Source: a virus
Strand: one strand, 5' to 3'
Length of the DNA: 48,147 nucleotides
IMG/VR virus record: IMGVR_UViG_3300017446_000002
Span: 1 to 48,147 of that record
Part shown: piece by piece, positions 36,336 through 43,902 of the stretch
How the letters are laid out: every line of letters begins with the position of its first letter
Position numbering within the stretch: the stretch's first letter is position 1
Program-made: the position numbers and the translations under genes
The notes under the pieces: model-generated
Databases searched by the model: none
Seen by the model: only the letters and a program-made list of their open reading frames with translations
What the model was told of the DNA's origin: nothing

Positions 36336-36911
36336 TCAGCGCAGGAAGCCGTTGCGCTTCAGACCGTCCATGACCATAATGGCCGTGTCCGCGATCGAGA
36401 TATTCTGGAGGAACATCGACCAGCTTTGGTCCGACTCGACGTAGCGGCGGGAGTCGTTGGCCCAGTCGATCTTCGGGCGGGAGAGTCGCACAGTCACGAC
36501 CTGATCCGGGCCGACCAGATGCTCGATATACCGCAGCTCATCCGGGAATCCCAGGTCCGGGATGAAGATGACGCCGGGCTTCTCGCGGGTGATCTGATTC
36601 GCATTGGCGACGCAGCGGCCCCAGAAGTCAGAGCCGTACCGCGCCTTCATAAAGTTTTCGGACAGGCCGATCATCAGCTCACGAATCGTGCCGCCGTTCA
36701 GGACCGAAAGGCCGGTGTCCTTGATCGAGTTGTAGAGCGCGAAATCCTTGGGATCGTATCCGGCGAGATTCATTGCAGCTTCCCGCATCGGGCGCGCAAA
36801 ATGATCCATCAGCGTCGGAACGTCGGTCTCGTTGTCGATCAAGGTGCGAACTGCTTGAGCGACGGAATCCTTGCCGACCTTGGGTGGGCCGGAGAACATT
36901 ACTACGAACAT
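36336..36911 (-). CDS. dNMP kinase-like protein, T4 gp1-type (191 aa), ending in GFLR.
   Basis: P-loop FSGPPKVGKDS, then GSDFWGR, IFIPDLGFPDE and VTVRLSRP, in the same order as in T4 gp1. An AAGGGA SD lies upstream. Confidence 0.6.
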   Translation of the reverse strand: MFVVMFSGPPKVGKDSVAQAVRTLIDNETDVPTLMDHFARPMREAAMNLAGYDPKDFALYNSIKDTGLSVLNGGTIRELMIGLSENFMKARYGSDFWGRCVANANQITREKPGVIFIPDLGFPDELRYIEHLVGPDQVVTVRLSRPKIDWANDSRRYVESDQSWSMFLQNISIADTAIMVMDGLKRNGFLR

Positions 36912-36946
36912 GTCGATTCCCTTACTGCGCGGGATGGAAGAGGAAA

Positions 36947-36978
36947 CTGCGGGGACCCGAAAGTCCGAATCCCCGCAG
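36947..36978 (-). other. Perfect 9-bp stem hairpin in an intergenic gap, possibly an attenuator or terminator.
   Basis: CTGCGGGGA (36947-36955) pairs with TCCCCGCAG (36970-36978). The downstream tract on the minus strand is only weakly T-rich. Confidence 0.4.
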
Positions 36979-36983
36979 AGTAA

Positions 36984-37205
36984 TCAGGCGGCGAGCGATG
37001 CGCGGAGTGCGGCCAGCTCGACTCGAATCTGCACCGCGGCGGGCGGCGACATCTCGTCGAGGAAACCACCGCCGGCGACTGCACCGCTGGACGACGTCGA
37101 ATCGGGATTCGGGATCAGCGCCAAGAGGACATCGACCTTCGCCTGTGCGTTCGCTGCACCTGCGTAGTTGCCGAGGACCTGGACTCCCTGCCCAGAGTTA
37201 GCCAT
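36984..37205 (-). CDS. Hypothetical protein (73 aa).
   Basis: Track ORF. It overlaps the DNA polymerase stop by 8 nt. Confidence 0.5.
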   Translation of the reverse strand: MANSGQGVQVLGNYAGAANAQAKVDVLLALIPNPDSTSSSGAVAGGGFLDEMSPPAAVQIRVELAALRASLAA

Positions 37206-39834
37206 GTTGAAGTACCTTTCGGGTATTGAGGGACGTTACGATTCGGTCCAAGTCATAGGGATCGCGGCCATCCCAGTCCGTCATGTGCTTGTGGCCCCAA
37301 CGGAGTCCGATTCCTGCCTCGGCCTTGACCCTGACCTCTCGCCCATGAATGATAACCGGGCGGTTCATTACATGCAAGAGGTTATGGGCGGCCTCCTTCC
37401 AGCGCGGGTGCTTGATCGACAGCTGACTCAGGAAGTTGTCGTGAACCTGAAGGTGGAATCGGAAGCCGTGAGACTCAAGGTCCATGCGAAGCGGCGTTGC
37501 ACCTGCGTCTGGATTCGGGCCGTCACGGAAGGTCGGCGGGATATAGCCCCAGTCGACTTCGTACATAACCCGATTCATGTTAGACGCAGTATCGGACTGT
37601 CCGATAAAAGCTGTAGCTTCGCGCTGAGTCCCATTGTCAGTGTGGCTACCGAGGAAAGTTCTAGTGAGGCCGAAAGCATTAGTGATTCGTCCGGAATCCT
37701 TAAGCATCTTGGCAATCTCAGCGTAGTACTCCTTCGGCGTGAGTCGCTTGTACTTCTTCCGGTACACGGCCATGAGACCATTACAAAAGTGGACAAGTTT
37801 CTCTTGCTCCCAAGTCTCGGCGTCTTTGAATCCCAAGAGTTCGGCGGCGGCGACGACGGCTTCGCGACCCATCGTGACATACAATGTCATCGCGGCCATC
37901 TGGAAGTTCGTGCCGTGAACGATTCGCTTGCTTAGCTGCCGAACGCCAGTGAGCGGATGAACGACGAGCGGGTCATGCGCCTTTTTGCCCGCGACGATCC
38001 AGTCGTAAGGTCGCTTGAAGAACAGTTCCCCGTTGACGGCGTGGGCATCTGCACCTGATTCCACAACCCTGATCTTTTCGGGGTCCTGGGATTCGTAAGC
38101 GATGAAGACGTCATCAGACTGGCTATAGTCGATGTCGAGCATGACGCAATCTTCATCGGCGACGAGCCAGTCTCGATAGGAGTCACGAATATTCTGGACG
38201 TTCGACCCGTCCCAAAAATTAGACGACTTGGAGGAGTAGCGACCAGTCTCGGTTCCGGCTGCATTGAACGACGTCCTGAATCGATCCGTGAAAAGCTTGA
38301 TGTTGCAGACGTTGGCGATCTGCTTGGCCGGGACCATTGCCTCTTCCATTGCCTCGATGATGACTCGGAAGAATGGATGATCTGTCTTAGCAAGCTTAAG
38401 TGCCAAGGAGCCAGAAGAGGGAGTCTTTCCCTCACCCTTACCGTGGCGTTCGACGAATCGGCCTCTAGCATTTCGTGGGCGAATTCCAAGAAAGTCGTAA
38501 AGCAGCTGGATTTTCTGCTGGGGAGACTCGACGTTGAAGTCGGGATCATCGATCATGTACCTCAAAAGATCGAGCTTGTCGACTCGTTCAGCGGTCAGGG
38601 CTTCGCGGTGTTCATCCCGGCGGCGGAAGTCTGCCTTGACTCCGCGCATCGACATACGCATCCCGGAGAACATACGCAGCAATACGTCGTTGTAGTTGTA
38701 TTGCATGGTCGGATTGTTCGCCATGATTCGGATAAGGTAGAGCGTGTTGAACAGGGTGTAGTAGCAGTCCAGCGCATTGTAGCGCCAATACTGTTCCATG
38801 TCTCCGCCGACTCCGGACTCTTCCTTAGCCTTGATGTCGTCCTTCCAATACTGGTAGTTGTCCAGAAGAATCGAACTGATGAAGTCGAGCGACTTGGGCA
38901 ACTCAGCGTAGAGCGAATACCACAGGAGCATCGAATCGAGGAACCAGTTCTTCGCGGGAATACGGTCGCGGATATTGTACGCGTTATCGTATGCCCCGTT
39001 CTGGAACGTCTTTATCGAAGGCGAGTCGTTGATACGCCGCATGCAAAGGTACGCTGCGATATGGTCGTCTTCCGAATCCCAATATACGCCACCCGTTTTG
39101 TACTCGTCGTAGAAAGGTATAACGAACGACCGGACGGTTCCGTCCCGGCTGAGTCCAGTATAGCCGCTGCAAGTGATTTGTGCTGGGTAGCAACCGGTTT
39201 CAATATCGGCAGCCACAAGCACACAGTCAACGAGGAATCGTTCTGCTGCCAGACAATCCTCAACGGTCCGACAAATCGAATATGTAAAGGCGGGGAGTCG
39301 ACGCTGCTTACCGTGGTAAAGTCTTCCGACCTTAGCCCAATCATTTGAAAGAATCCAGGAACCCTGCTGAACGCGATACGGTTCCTGCTGATCCGATTCT
39401 CCGTCCTCGTTTTGAACCAGGCGCGTATCCAGTTTCTGATGAATCGCGGTGATAGGGTACGTAATGACGACAGGAATCCCTTGATAGTCATAGACACCTC
39501 CACGCATTTTATCGAGCGACGCCGAACGCACGTCCCACTTGGCAAAGATTCCTGCGCAAGCGGGGTCCGCGATTACGATCAGCGTTGGCTTGATGATGTT
39601 GAGTCGATTCTGGAACGCGGCCTCAATCTCGGCAGTCTTCTCGTTGTTGAACTTCCACGACTTCTCGTTCCCGTACCGCTTGATCGGGTCCTTCACGAGA
39701 TTGTAGATGTCCGCGGTTGCGACAGCCGAACGATTCAACCCAGCCTTCTGCAAGAGCTTGGTGAACGCGGGCTCGTAACCCTGACTGACTTTATACTTGT
39801 CAGTCATCAAAAGAATCTTGCCGGTGCCGCTCAC
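37198..39834 (-). CDS. Family A DNA polymerase with a 3'-5' exonuclease domain and an extra N-terminal domain (878 aa).
   Basis: Exo motifs VAADIETG, FQNGAYDNAY and YNALDCYYT. Pol motif A MLDIDYSQSDD, motif B RQLSKRIVHGTNF and motif C LQVHDNF. Confidence 0.9.
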   Translation of the reverse strand: MSGTGKILLMTDKYKVSQGYEPAFTKLLQKAGLNRSAVATADIYNLVKDPIKRYGNEKSWKFNNEKTAEIEAAFQNRLNIIKPTLIVIADPACAGIFAKWDVRSASLDKMRGGVYDYQGIPVVITYPITAIHQKLDTRLVQNEDGESDQQEPYRVQQGSWILSNDWAKVGRLYHGKQRRLPAFTYSICRTVEDCLAAERFLVDCVLVAADIETGCYPAQITCSGYTGLSRDGTVRSFVIPFYDEYKTGGVYWDSEDDHIAAYLCMRRINDSPSIKTFQNGAYDNAYNIRDRIPAKNWFLDSMLLWYSLYAELPKSLDFISSILLDNYQYWKDDIKAKEESGVGGDMEQYWRYNALDCYYTLFNTLYLIRIMANNPTMQYNYNDVLLRMFSGMRMSMRGVKADFRRRDEHREALTAERVDKLDLLRYMIDDPDFNVESPQQKIQLLYDFLGIRPRNARGRFVERHGKGEGKTPSSGSLALKLAKTDHPFFRVIIEAMEEAMVPAKQIANVCNIKLFTDRFRTSFNAAGTETGRYSSKSSNFWDGSNVQNIRDSYRDWLVADEDCVMLDIDYSQSDDVFIAYESQDPEKIRVVESGADAHAVNGELFFKRPYDWIVAGKKAHDPLVVHPLTGVRQLSKRIVHGTNFQMAAMTLYVTMGREAVVAAAELLGFKDAETWEQEKLVHFCNGLMAVYRKKYKRLTPKEYYAEIAKMLKDSGRITNAFGLTRTFLGSHTDNGTQREATAFIGQSDTASNMNRVMYEVDWGYIPPTFRDGPNPDAGATPLRMDLESHGFRFHLQVHDNFLSQLSIKHPRWKEAAHNLLHVMNRPVIIHGREVRVKAEAGIGLRWGHKHMTDWDGRDPYDLDRIVTSLNTRKVLQHG

Positions 39835-40073
39835 AGATCGAGAGCCTTCTGCGCGCGCAGCTTGCCGACGTAATACTTAACGAGGTCCGTGCGACTCGCA
39901 GGCATCGACAGGTTGTTGGCCTTGGGAAGCGGGAAGCCGACGCGAGCGCAATCGTCCTGCCACATCTTGTTGATCTCGTCGCGAGTCACGCCCTCGGGCA
40001 GCTTCTCACCGTTCATCACGTCCGGAGTCGCGACCGGCACGTGGGCGAACTTGGTCTGCGTGGTGTTGGTCAC
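39831..40073 (-). CDS. Hypothetical protein (80 aa).
   Basis: Track ORF 39831..40163 was trimmed to GTG 40073. That start has an AAGGAAG SD 7 nt upstream and overlaps the upstream stop (GTGA). Confidence 0.5.
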   Translation of the reverse strand: MTNTTQTKFAHVPVATPDVMNGEKLPEGVTRDEINKMWQDDCARVGFPLPKANNLSMPASRTDLVKYYVGKLRAQKALDL

Positions 40074-40345
40074 TTGATTACTTCCTTGCCAAAGTCCAGG
40101 AGGATCTGATTCATCTCCTGCTTGTTGCCCACGAAGATCGGGACCACAGCGGTGCCGGTCCAAGTGCTGACGTAGGTGGTCTGGTCCGAGTCGAGCATCC
40201 GCTGCAACTCTTCCTTAGTGAACTTCCATGCCGAGACGACTTGCGATCCGTTCATGAGAACGTCGAGTCGTCCCTGCCTTTCTTCTTCGCCGCGAGCCGG
40301 ACCAAAGTTATGGGTCTGGCCTGCGAATGGTACTGGTTCTGCCAT
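40070..40345 (-). CDS. Hypothetical protein (91 aa).
   Basis: Track ORF with a strong AAGGAG SD upstream of ATG 40345. Confidence 0.65.
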   Translation of the reverse strand: MAEPVPFAGQTHNFGPARGEEERQGRLDVLMNGSQVVSAWKFTKEELQRMLDSDQTTYVSTWTGTAVVPIFVGNKQEMNQILLDFGKEVIK

Positions 40346-40432
40346 CGGAATGACTCCTTAGTAGAGCCGTGCGAGCCACAGGGGGGCTGCTTTAGGAGGG
40401 GCTTAAAGCCGACTCGCACGACTCAACTAAAG

Positions 40433-40453
40433 GGAGGGGATCGCACCCCCTCC
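40433..40453 (-). terminator. Candidate terminator hairpin on the minus strand.
   Basis: The minus strand reads GGAGGGG gtgcgat CCCCTCC CTTTAGTT. It lies directly after gene 40461..41024, and the U-tract is weak. Confidence 0.45.
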
Positions 40454-40460
40454 GCAGTAG

Positions 40461-41024
40461 TTACTTCGCGGCCTTCTCGAAACGAAGACGCGCGTACTTG
40501 ATCGACGGATCGTTCTTGTCGGTCTGAGTCACGACCTTCGCACGGAAGCGATGATCCTTCAGACCGGCGACGATCGCGCCGAGCTTGCCAGCCGAGTCCA
40601 TGCCGACGTCCGAGACGAAAGCGCGGATTCGACCGATGCCGGTTTCAGCGTCCGCCGGCTCGATGTTCTGGCGGTGGTTGTGAATCTTGCCCTTGAGCGC
40701 CTCGGGATCGCCGCCTTCCAGGAGACTCACGCACTCTTCGACTTCGCACTTGCACGAGAAGTAGAAGATTTTGTCGCCTTCCTTGTTCGTGCCCTCGGCC
40801 ATGTCGGGGTCCTTGATGATGAAGTCAAAGATTCCCGAAGGCAGCTGCTCGAAACGAATCTCGTCGATGCCGGAAACGTCGAGGTCCATCAGGTCGGACA
40901 GCGCGAAGCCACCCGACTCGGCACCGTCGTCGATCGACATCATGCCGAAGTTCTGCTCGGCGCCGAATGCTGCGTGTGCGGTCATTGCGGTTGCAGCGAG
41001 GAGTGCGGTACGTGCGATATTCAT
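40461..41024 (-). CDS. Hypothetical protein (187 aa) with a Sec-signal-like N-terminus.
   Basis: MNIARTALLAATAMTAHAAFGAEQ... has a basic n-region, a hydrophobic core and an AHA-A site. The rest is acidic. Confidence 0.6.
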   Translation of the reverse strand: MNIARTALLAATAMTAHAAFGAEQNFGMMSIDDGAESGGFALSDLMDLDVSGIDEIRFEQLPSGIFDFIIKDPDMAEGTNKEGDKIFYFSCKCEVEECVSLLEGGDPEALKGKIHNHRQNIEPADAETGIGRIRAFVSDVGMDSAGKLGAIVAGLKDHRFRAKVVTQTDKNDPSIKYARLRFEKAAK

Positions 41025-41058
41025 GATTCGTTACTTTCTGTTGTGTGCGTTGTGTTTG

Positions 41059-42135
41059 TTAGCTTGCCTTCTTGGCCATCAATGCAGCGAACCCTTTCGG
41101 GGCCTGAATCGCACTGGTGGTATTCCCCGCGGCTACGGGGGAATCTGTGGTCGAGTCGGAGTTCTGCAACACCTTGGCTTCCGCCGGGGCGAACGATCCG
41201 TTCTCGTGAATTACTAGCGCCGGTTCGAGTGGCGCATTCTCGGTCGGTATGAATCCGCCGACCAGAGCGATCAGTTTGGCGAAGGAATATTCCTCCATCT
41301 TCTTCACGTCGGTCCAGTGTCCACCGCTGATTCGCTCGGGGGACAGCTTGAAGTTGAGGCGACGCTCGGTGCCGGCAGGATTCGTTTCCATCCATGCGAC
41401 ATCGGTAAAGAACTTGGCCATCGTCAGGGCGTGTGGCTTGGAGCATGACTTCGGAATCATCTTGGTCCAGAGAACGCGCATGTCGGTCTCTTTGATGTCC
41501 TTGACTCGGACGCCTTCCGGACGCTCCTGCTTCACGAACTCGTCGGGGTGAGCGATGACGATGACGTGGCACTGGATTCGCTGGATGATGACGAGGAACT
41601 GAGTCAGCTTCTGCCCTGCACCCGCATAGACGGCACGCATCTGCGCGGACGACGCGGCCGAAATGTCGACTCCCTCGGCGCGAGCCACCATCATCATGGC
41701 CGACTGAACCAGCGAGGTCCACGAGTCGATCACGAGGACCCAATTGTAATTGAGCTTGGACGGGAAGATTTCCCACACGTCCTTGCCGACGATTCCCTCA
41801 CCGACGAGGTCCTTGTTCGTCAGGATTTTCGAGTCGGTGTCATTCCACAAGACCTTGATCTTGCCGAAGAACTCCATCATGAACTGGACGAACTGAGTCC
41901 CGATCGCACCGCCATCCTGGAGTCGATCGCCGACGTTCATGACGAGCAGGTTCTGCTTGGCCTTGTCGGGCAGCTGCTGAATCGTCTCGTTGGCAACGTC
42001 GCCGTTGAGATAGAGGACATTGAATCCGGACTCTGCGGGGAGCCCCGCGTAGTACGTCTTGCCGATCTTGCCATCGCCGATCAGAAGGAGTCGGGCGAAG
42101 TTGTTGGTGGTGACAGCGTTGCTTGCGCGGGGCAT
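41059..42135 (-). CDS. AAA_24/Sak4-like RecA-fold ATPase (358 aa).
   Basis: Walker A LLLIGDGKIGKT and Walker B WVLVIDSWTSL. A GAAGGA SD lies upstream. The C-terminal tail ends APKGFAALMAKKAS. Confidence 0.6.
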   Translation of the reverse strand: MPRASNAVTTNNFARLLLIGDGKIGKTYYAGLPAESGFNVLYLNGDVANETIQQLPDKAKQNLLVMNVGDRLQDGGAIGTQFVQFMMEFFGKIKVLWNDTDSKILTNKDLVGEGIVGKDVWEIFPSKLNYNWVLVIDSWTSLVQSAMMMVARAEGVDISAASSAQMRAVYAGAGQKLTQFLVIIQRIQCHVIVIAHPDEFVKQERPEGVRVKDIKETDMRVLWTKMIPKSCSKPHALTMAKFFTDVAWMETNPAGTERRLNFKLSPERISGGHWTDVKKMEEYSFAKLIALVGGFIPTENAPLEPALVIHENGSFAPAEAKVLQNSDSTTDSPVAAGNTTSAIQAPKGFAALMAKKAS

Positions 42136-42139
42136 TGAG

Positions 42140-42361
42140 TTATCCTTCGTTGAGTCGGTAGCGTGCGTCTAAGATGTATGTGTCTGGCTCGTAATGTTTT
42201 ACAACCCTAGCATGAAGTAACCTATATGTCAATCCCTTATATCTGATTCGATATTTTATTTCTGCGCCAGCCCCGATCAAAAAGCGAACTTCTCGTGCGA
42301 TTCGATGATCCTTGGGCTTGCCTCTGTAAGTGTTGGACTTACGACCACGACTCACCGGCAT
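42140..42361 (-). CDS. Small basic protein (73 aa) in a locally AT-rich segment.
   Basis: Track ORF whose start overlaps the upstream stop (TGATG). It is visibly lower in GC than its neighbours. Confidence 0.5.
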   Translation of the reverse strand: MPVSRGRKSNTYRGKPKDHRIAREVRFLIGAGAEIKYRIRYKGLTYRLLHARVVKHYEPDTYILDARYRLNEG

Positions 42362-42738
42362 CAGGTATAGACCACCTTGCCGGGCTCGACGCTCCAGTAT
42401 TCTTCGGCGGGCTCGGGGAATCCGAGTCGTGCGATTTCGAGTCGGACCTGCTGCTTAATCTCGTCTTTGAGGAACTCACCGGGGTCGACGAGTCCGTAGC
42501 GTACCGCCGTGCCGCGAGCAATGTTTGCGTAAGGCTTGTCCATCCAGCGAGCGTCATCATAGATGATCTGGTCGCGCTCGGCATTCGTACCAGCCTTCTC
42601 CAAGAGCTTCTGGCACAAAAGGTAGTAGTGGAAAAGCGCATGAGTCCGCTTGTCGAGAGTCAGGAATCCCTTGGGCAGGACCTGATCCTCGTAGTACGGG
42701 AACTCGTACGTCATCTTGATTCCGGCGTGCTTAGTCAT
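42361..42738 (-). CDS. Hypothetical protein (125 aa).
   Basis: Track ORF starting at ATG 42738. Confidence 0.6.
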   Translation of the reverse strand: MTKHAGIKMTYEFPYYEDQVLPKGFLTLDKRTHALFHYYLLCQKLLEKAGTNAERDQIIYDDARWMDKPYANIARGTAVRYGLVDPGEFLKDEIKQQVRLEIARLGFPEPAEEYWSVEPGKVVYT

Positions 42739-42741
42739 GAC

Positions 42742-42960
42742 TCAATACACCTTGTTGATGATGGTGTGCAGCAGGTTGTACTGCTTGCGACTCGGCGACC
42801 ACATCGGGCGATCCTCGTTACGGAAGAGCATGTTCGCAACGAACTCGCGCTCGTAGTCCGTAAAGACACCGGCATCGATTTGATTCGCCTTTGCGATAAG
42901 GTTGTCCCAAAGCCGGGCATTGCCAAGCTCGGACAAATCCATGCGACCGTTATGCGGCAT
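42742..42960 (-). CDS. Hypothetical protein (about 72 aa; start uncertain).
   Basis: Track ORF 42742..42984 starts at TTG. I prefer ATG 42960 (MPHNGRMDLSELG...), although it has no clear SD. Confidence 0.45.
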   Translation of the reverse strand: MPHNGRMDLSELGNARLWDNLIAKANQIDAGVFTDYEREFVANMLFRNEDRPMWSPSRKQYNLLHTIINKVY

Positions 42961-43204
42961 TGGCCCGAATCGTCTGCAAGGCAACGGTCAGCGCGCGGAG
43001 CTGAACCCACGTGATGCACTCGGCCTCCGTGTTGAACTGCTCGCTCACATAGGCGCGATCGGAAAGCTGCACGCTAGGGGTGTCACGCCACGAGTCGTGT
43101 GCTATCCACAAGCCACCCGTCGTCCGCGGCTTCTGCATCCGCCACTGGGCAATCTCGTGCTTGTAAGCGGCGAGCAGTTGAATCGCTTCCTCTGATATGT
43201 TCAT
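42950..43204 (-). CDS. Hypothetical protein (84 aa).
   Basis: Track ORF whose ATG overlaps the upstream stop (TGATG). Confidence 0.55.
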   Translation of the reverse strand: MNISEEAIQLLAAYKHEIAQWRMQKPRTTGGLWIAHDSWRDTPSVQLSDRAYVSEQFNTEAECITWVQLRALTVALQTIRANAA

Positions 43205-43830
43205 CAGATGACCCCCTTGATCTTGTGCGGCGAGTCCAGCCCGCGCTTGTCGGTGAGCGCCGAGACCAAGTCGTTGGTGTCACGAGCCGAGTCGTGATAC
43301 TCCACGAAGTAGTCGATCGACGGGGCCTTGTGATCCGTGGACTGCGCGAGTCCCAAGCAAAGCCGGTGAATGTTGTCGAGCTTGGTCGTCCTCGACTTGC
43401 GGAACTTGTCCGTCTGCGACTCACGCTTGCGCAACACAGCCTCGGAAGCGCAGTTGATAAGGTGCAGAACCGTGACGTGTGCATCGGTGTGATTGCACAG
43501 CTGAAGAATGAACGACTGGTTGCCGAGTCGATCGCCCTCCATGATGAAGTCCCGGTTGGGATTCCGCTTGATGAAGTCGAGCGCGTGAGCCTGACAGGCC
43601 ATCGACATGCGATCGGTGCCGGGGAACGGATGCTTCGAGTCATCGTACCTACCGAGGACGATGCTGGGCCGATAGTTGGAGTAGTGCATCGGCAAATACT
43701 TCGTAGTATTGTCGAAGCGCCACGGATTCGTGACCTCCATCAGATGCCGCATCAACGTGGACTTCCCCGTCGCAGGCATCCCAATAATAATAGTGACCGT
43801 TTGGACTCGGTGTCCACGACGCTCTGTCAC
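43204..43830 (-). CDS. P-loop NTPase or nucleotide-kinase-like protein (208 aa).
   Basis: Track ORF 43204..43860 was trimmed to GTG 43830, which has an AAGGAGAG SD 8 nt upstream. Walker A is IIIGMPATGKSTL. Confidence 0.55.
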   Translation of the reverse strand: MTERRGHRVQTVTIIIGMPATGKSTLMRHLMEVTNPWRFDNTTKYLPMHYSNYRPSIVLGRYDDSKHPFPGTDRMSMACQAHALDFIKRNPNRDFIMEGDRLGNQSFILQLCNHTDAHVTVLHLINCASEAVLRKRESQTDKFRKSRTTKLDNIHRLCLGLAQSTDHKAPSIDYFVEYHDSARDTNDLVSALTDKRGLDSPHKIKGVI

Positions 43831-43902
43831 GTGCCTCTCTCCTTCTCTCTGTACGCTCAAGATTCTTGAGGTAGTGGTAATACTTATTCGTGGGGTCGCC
43901 CG

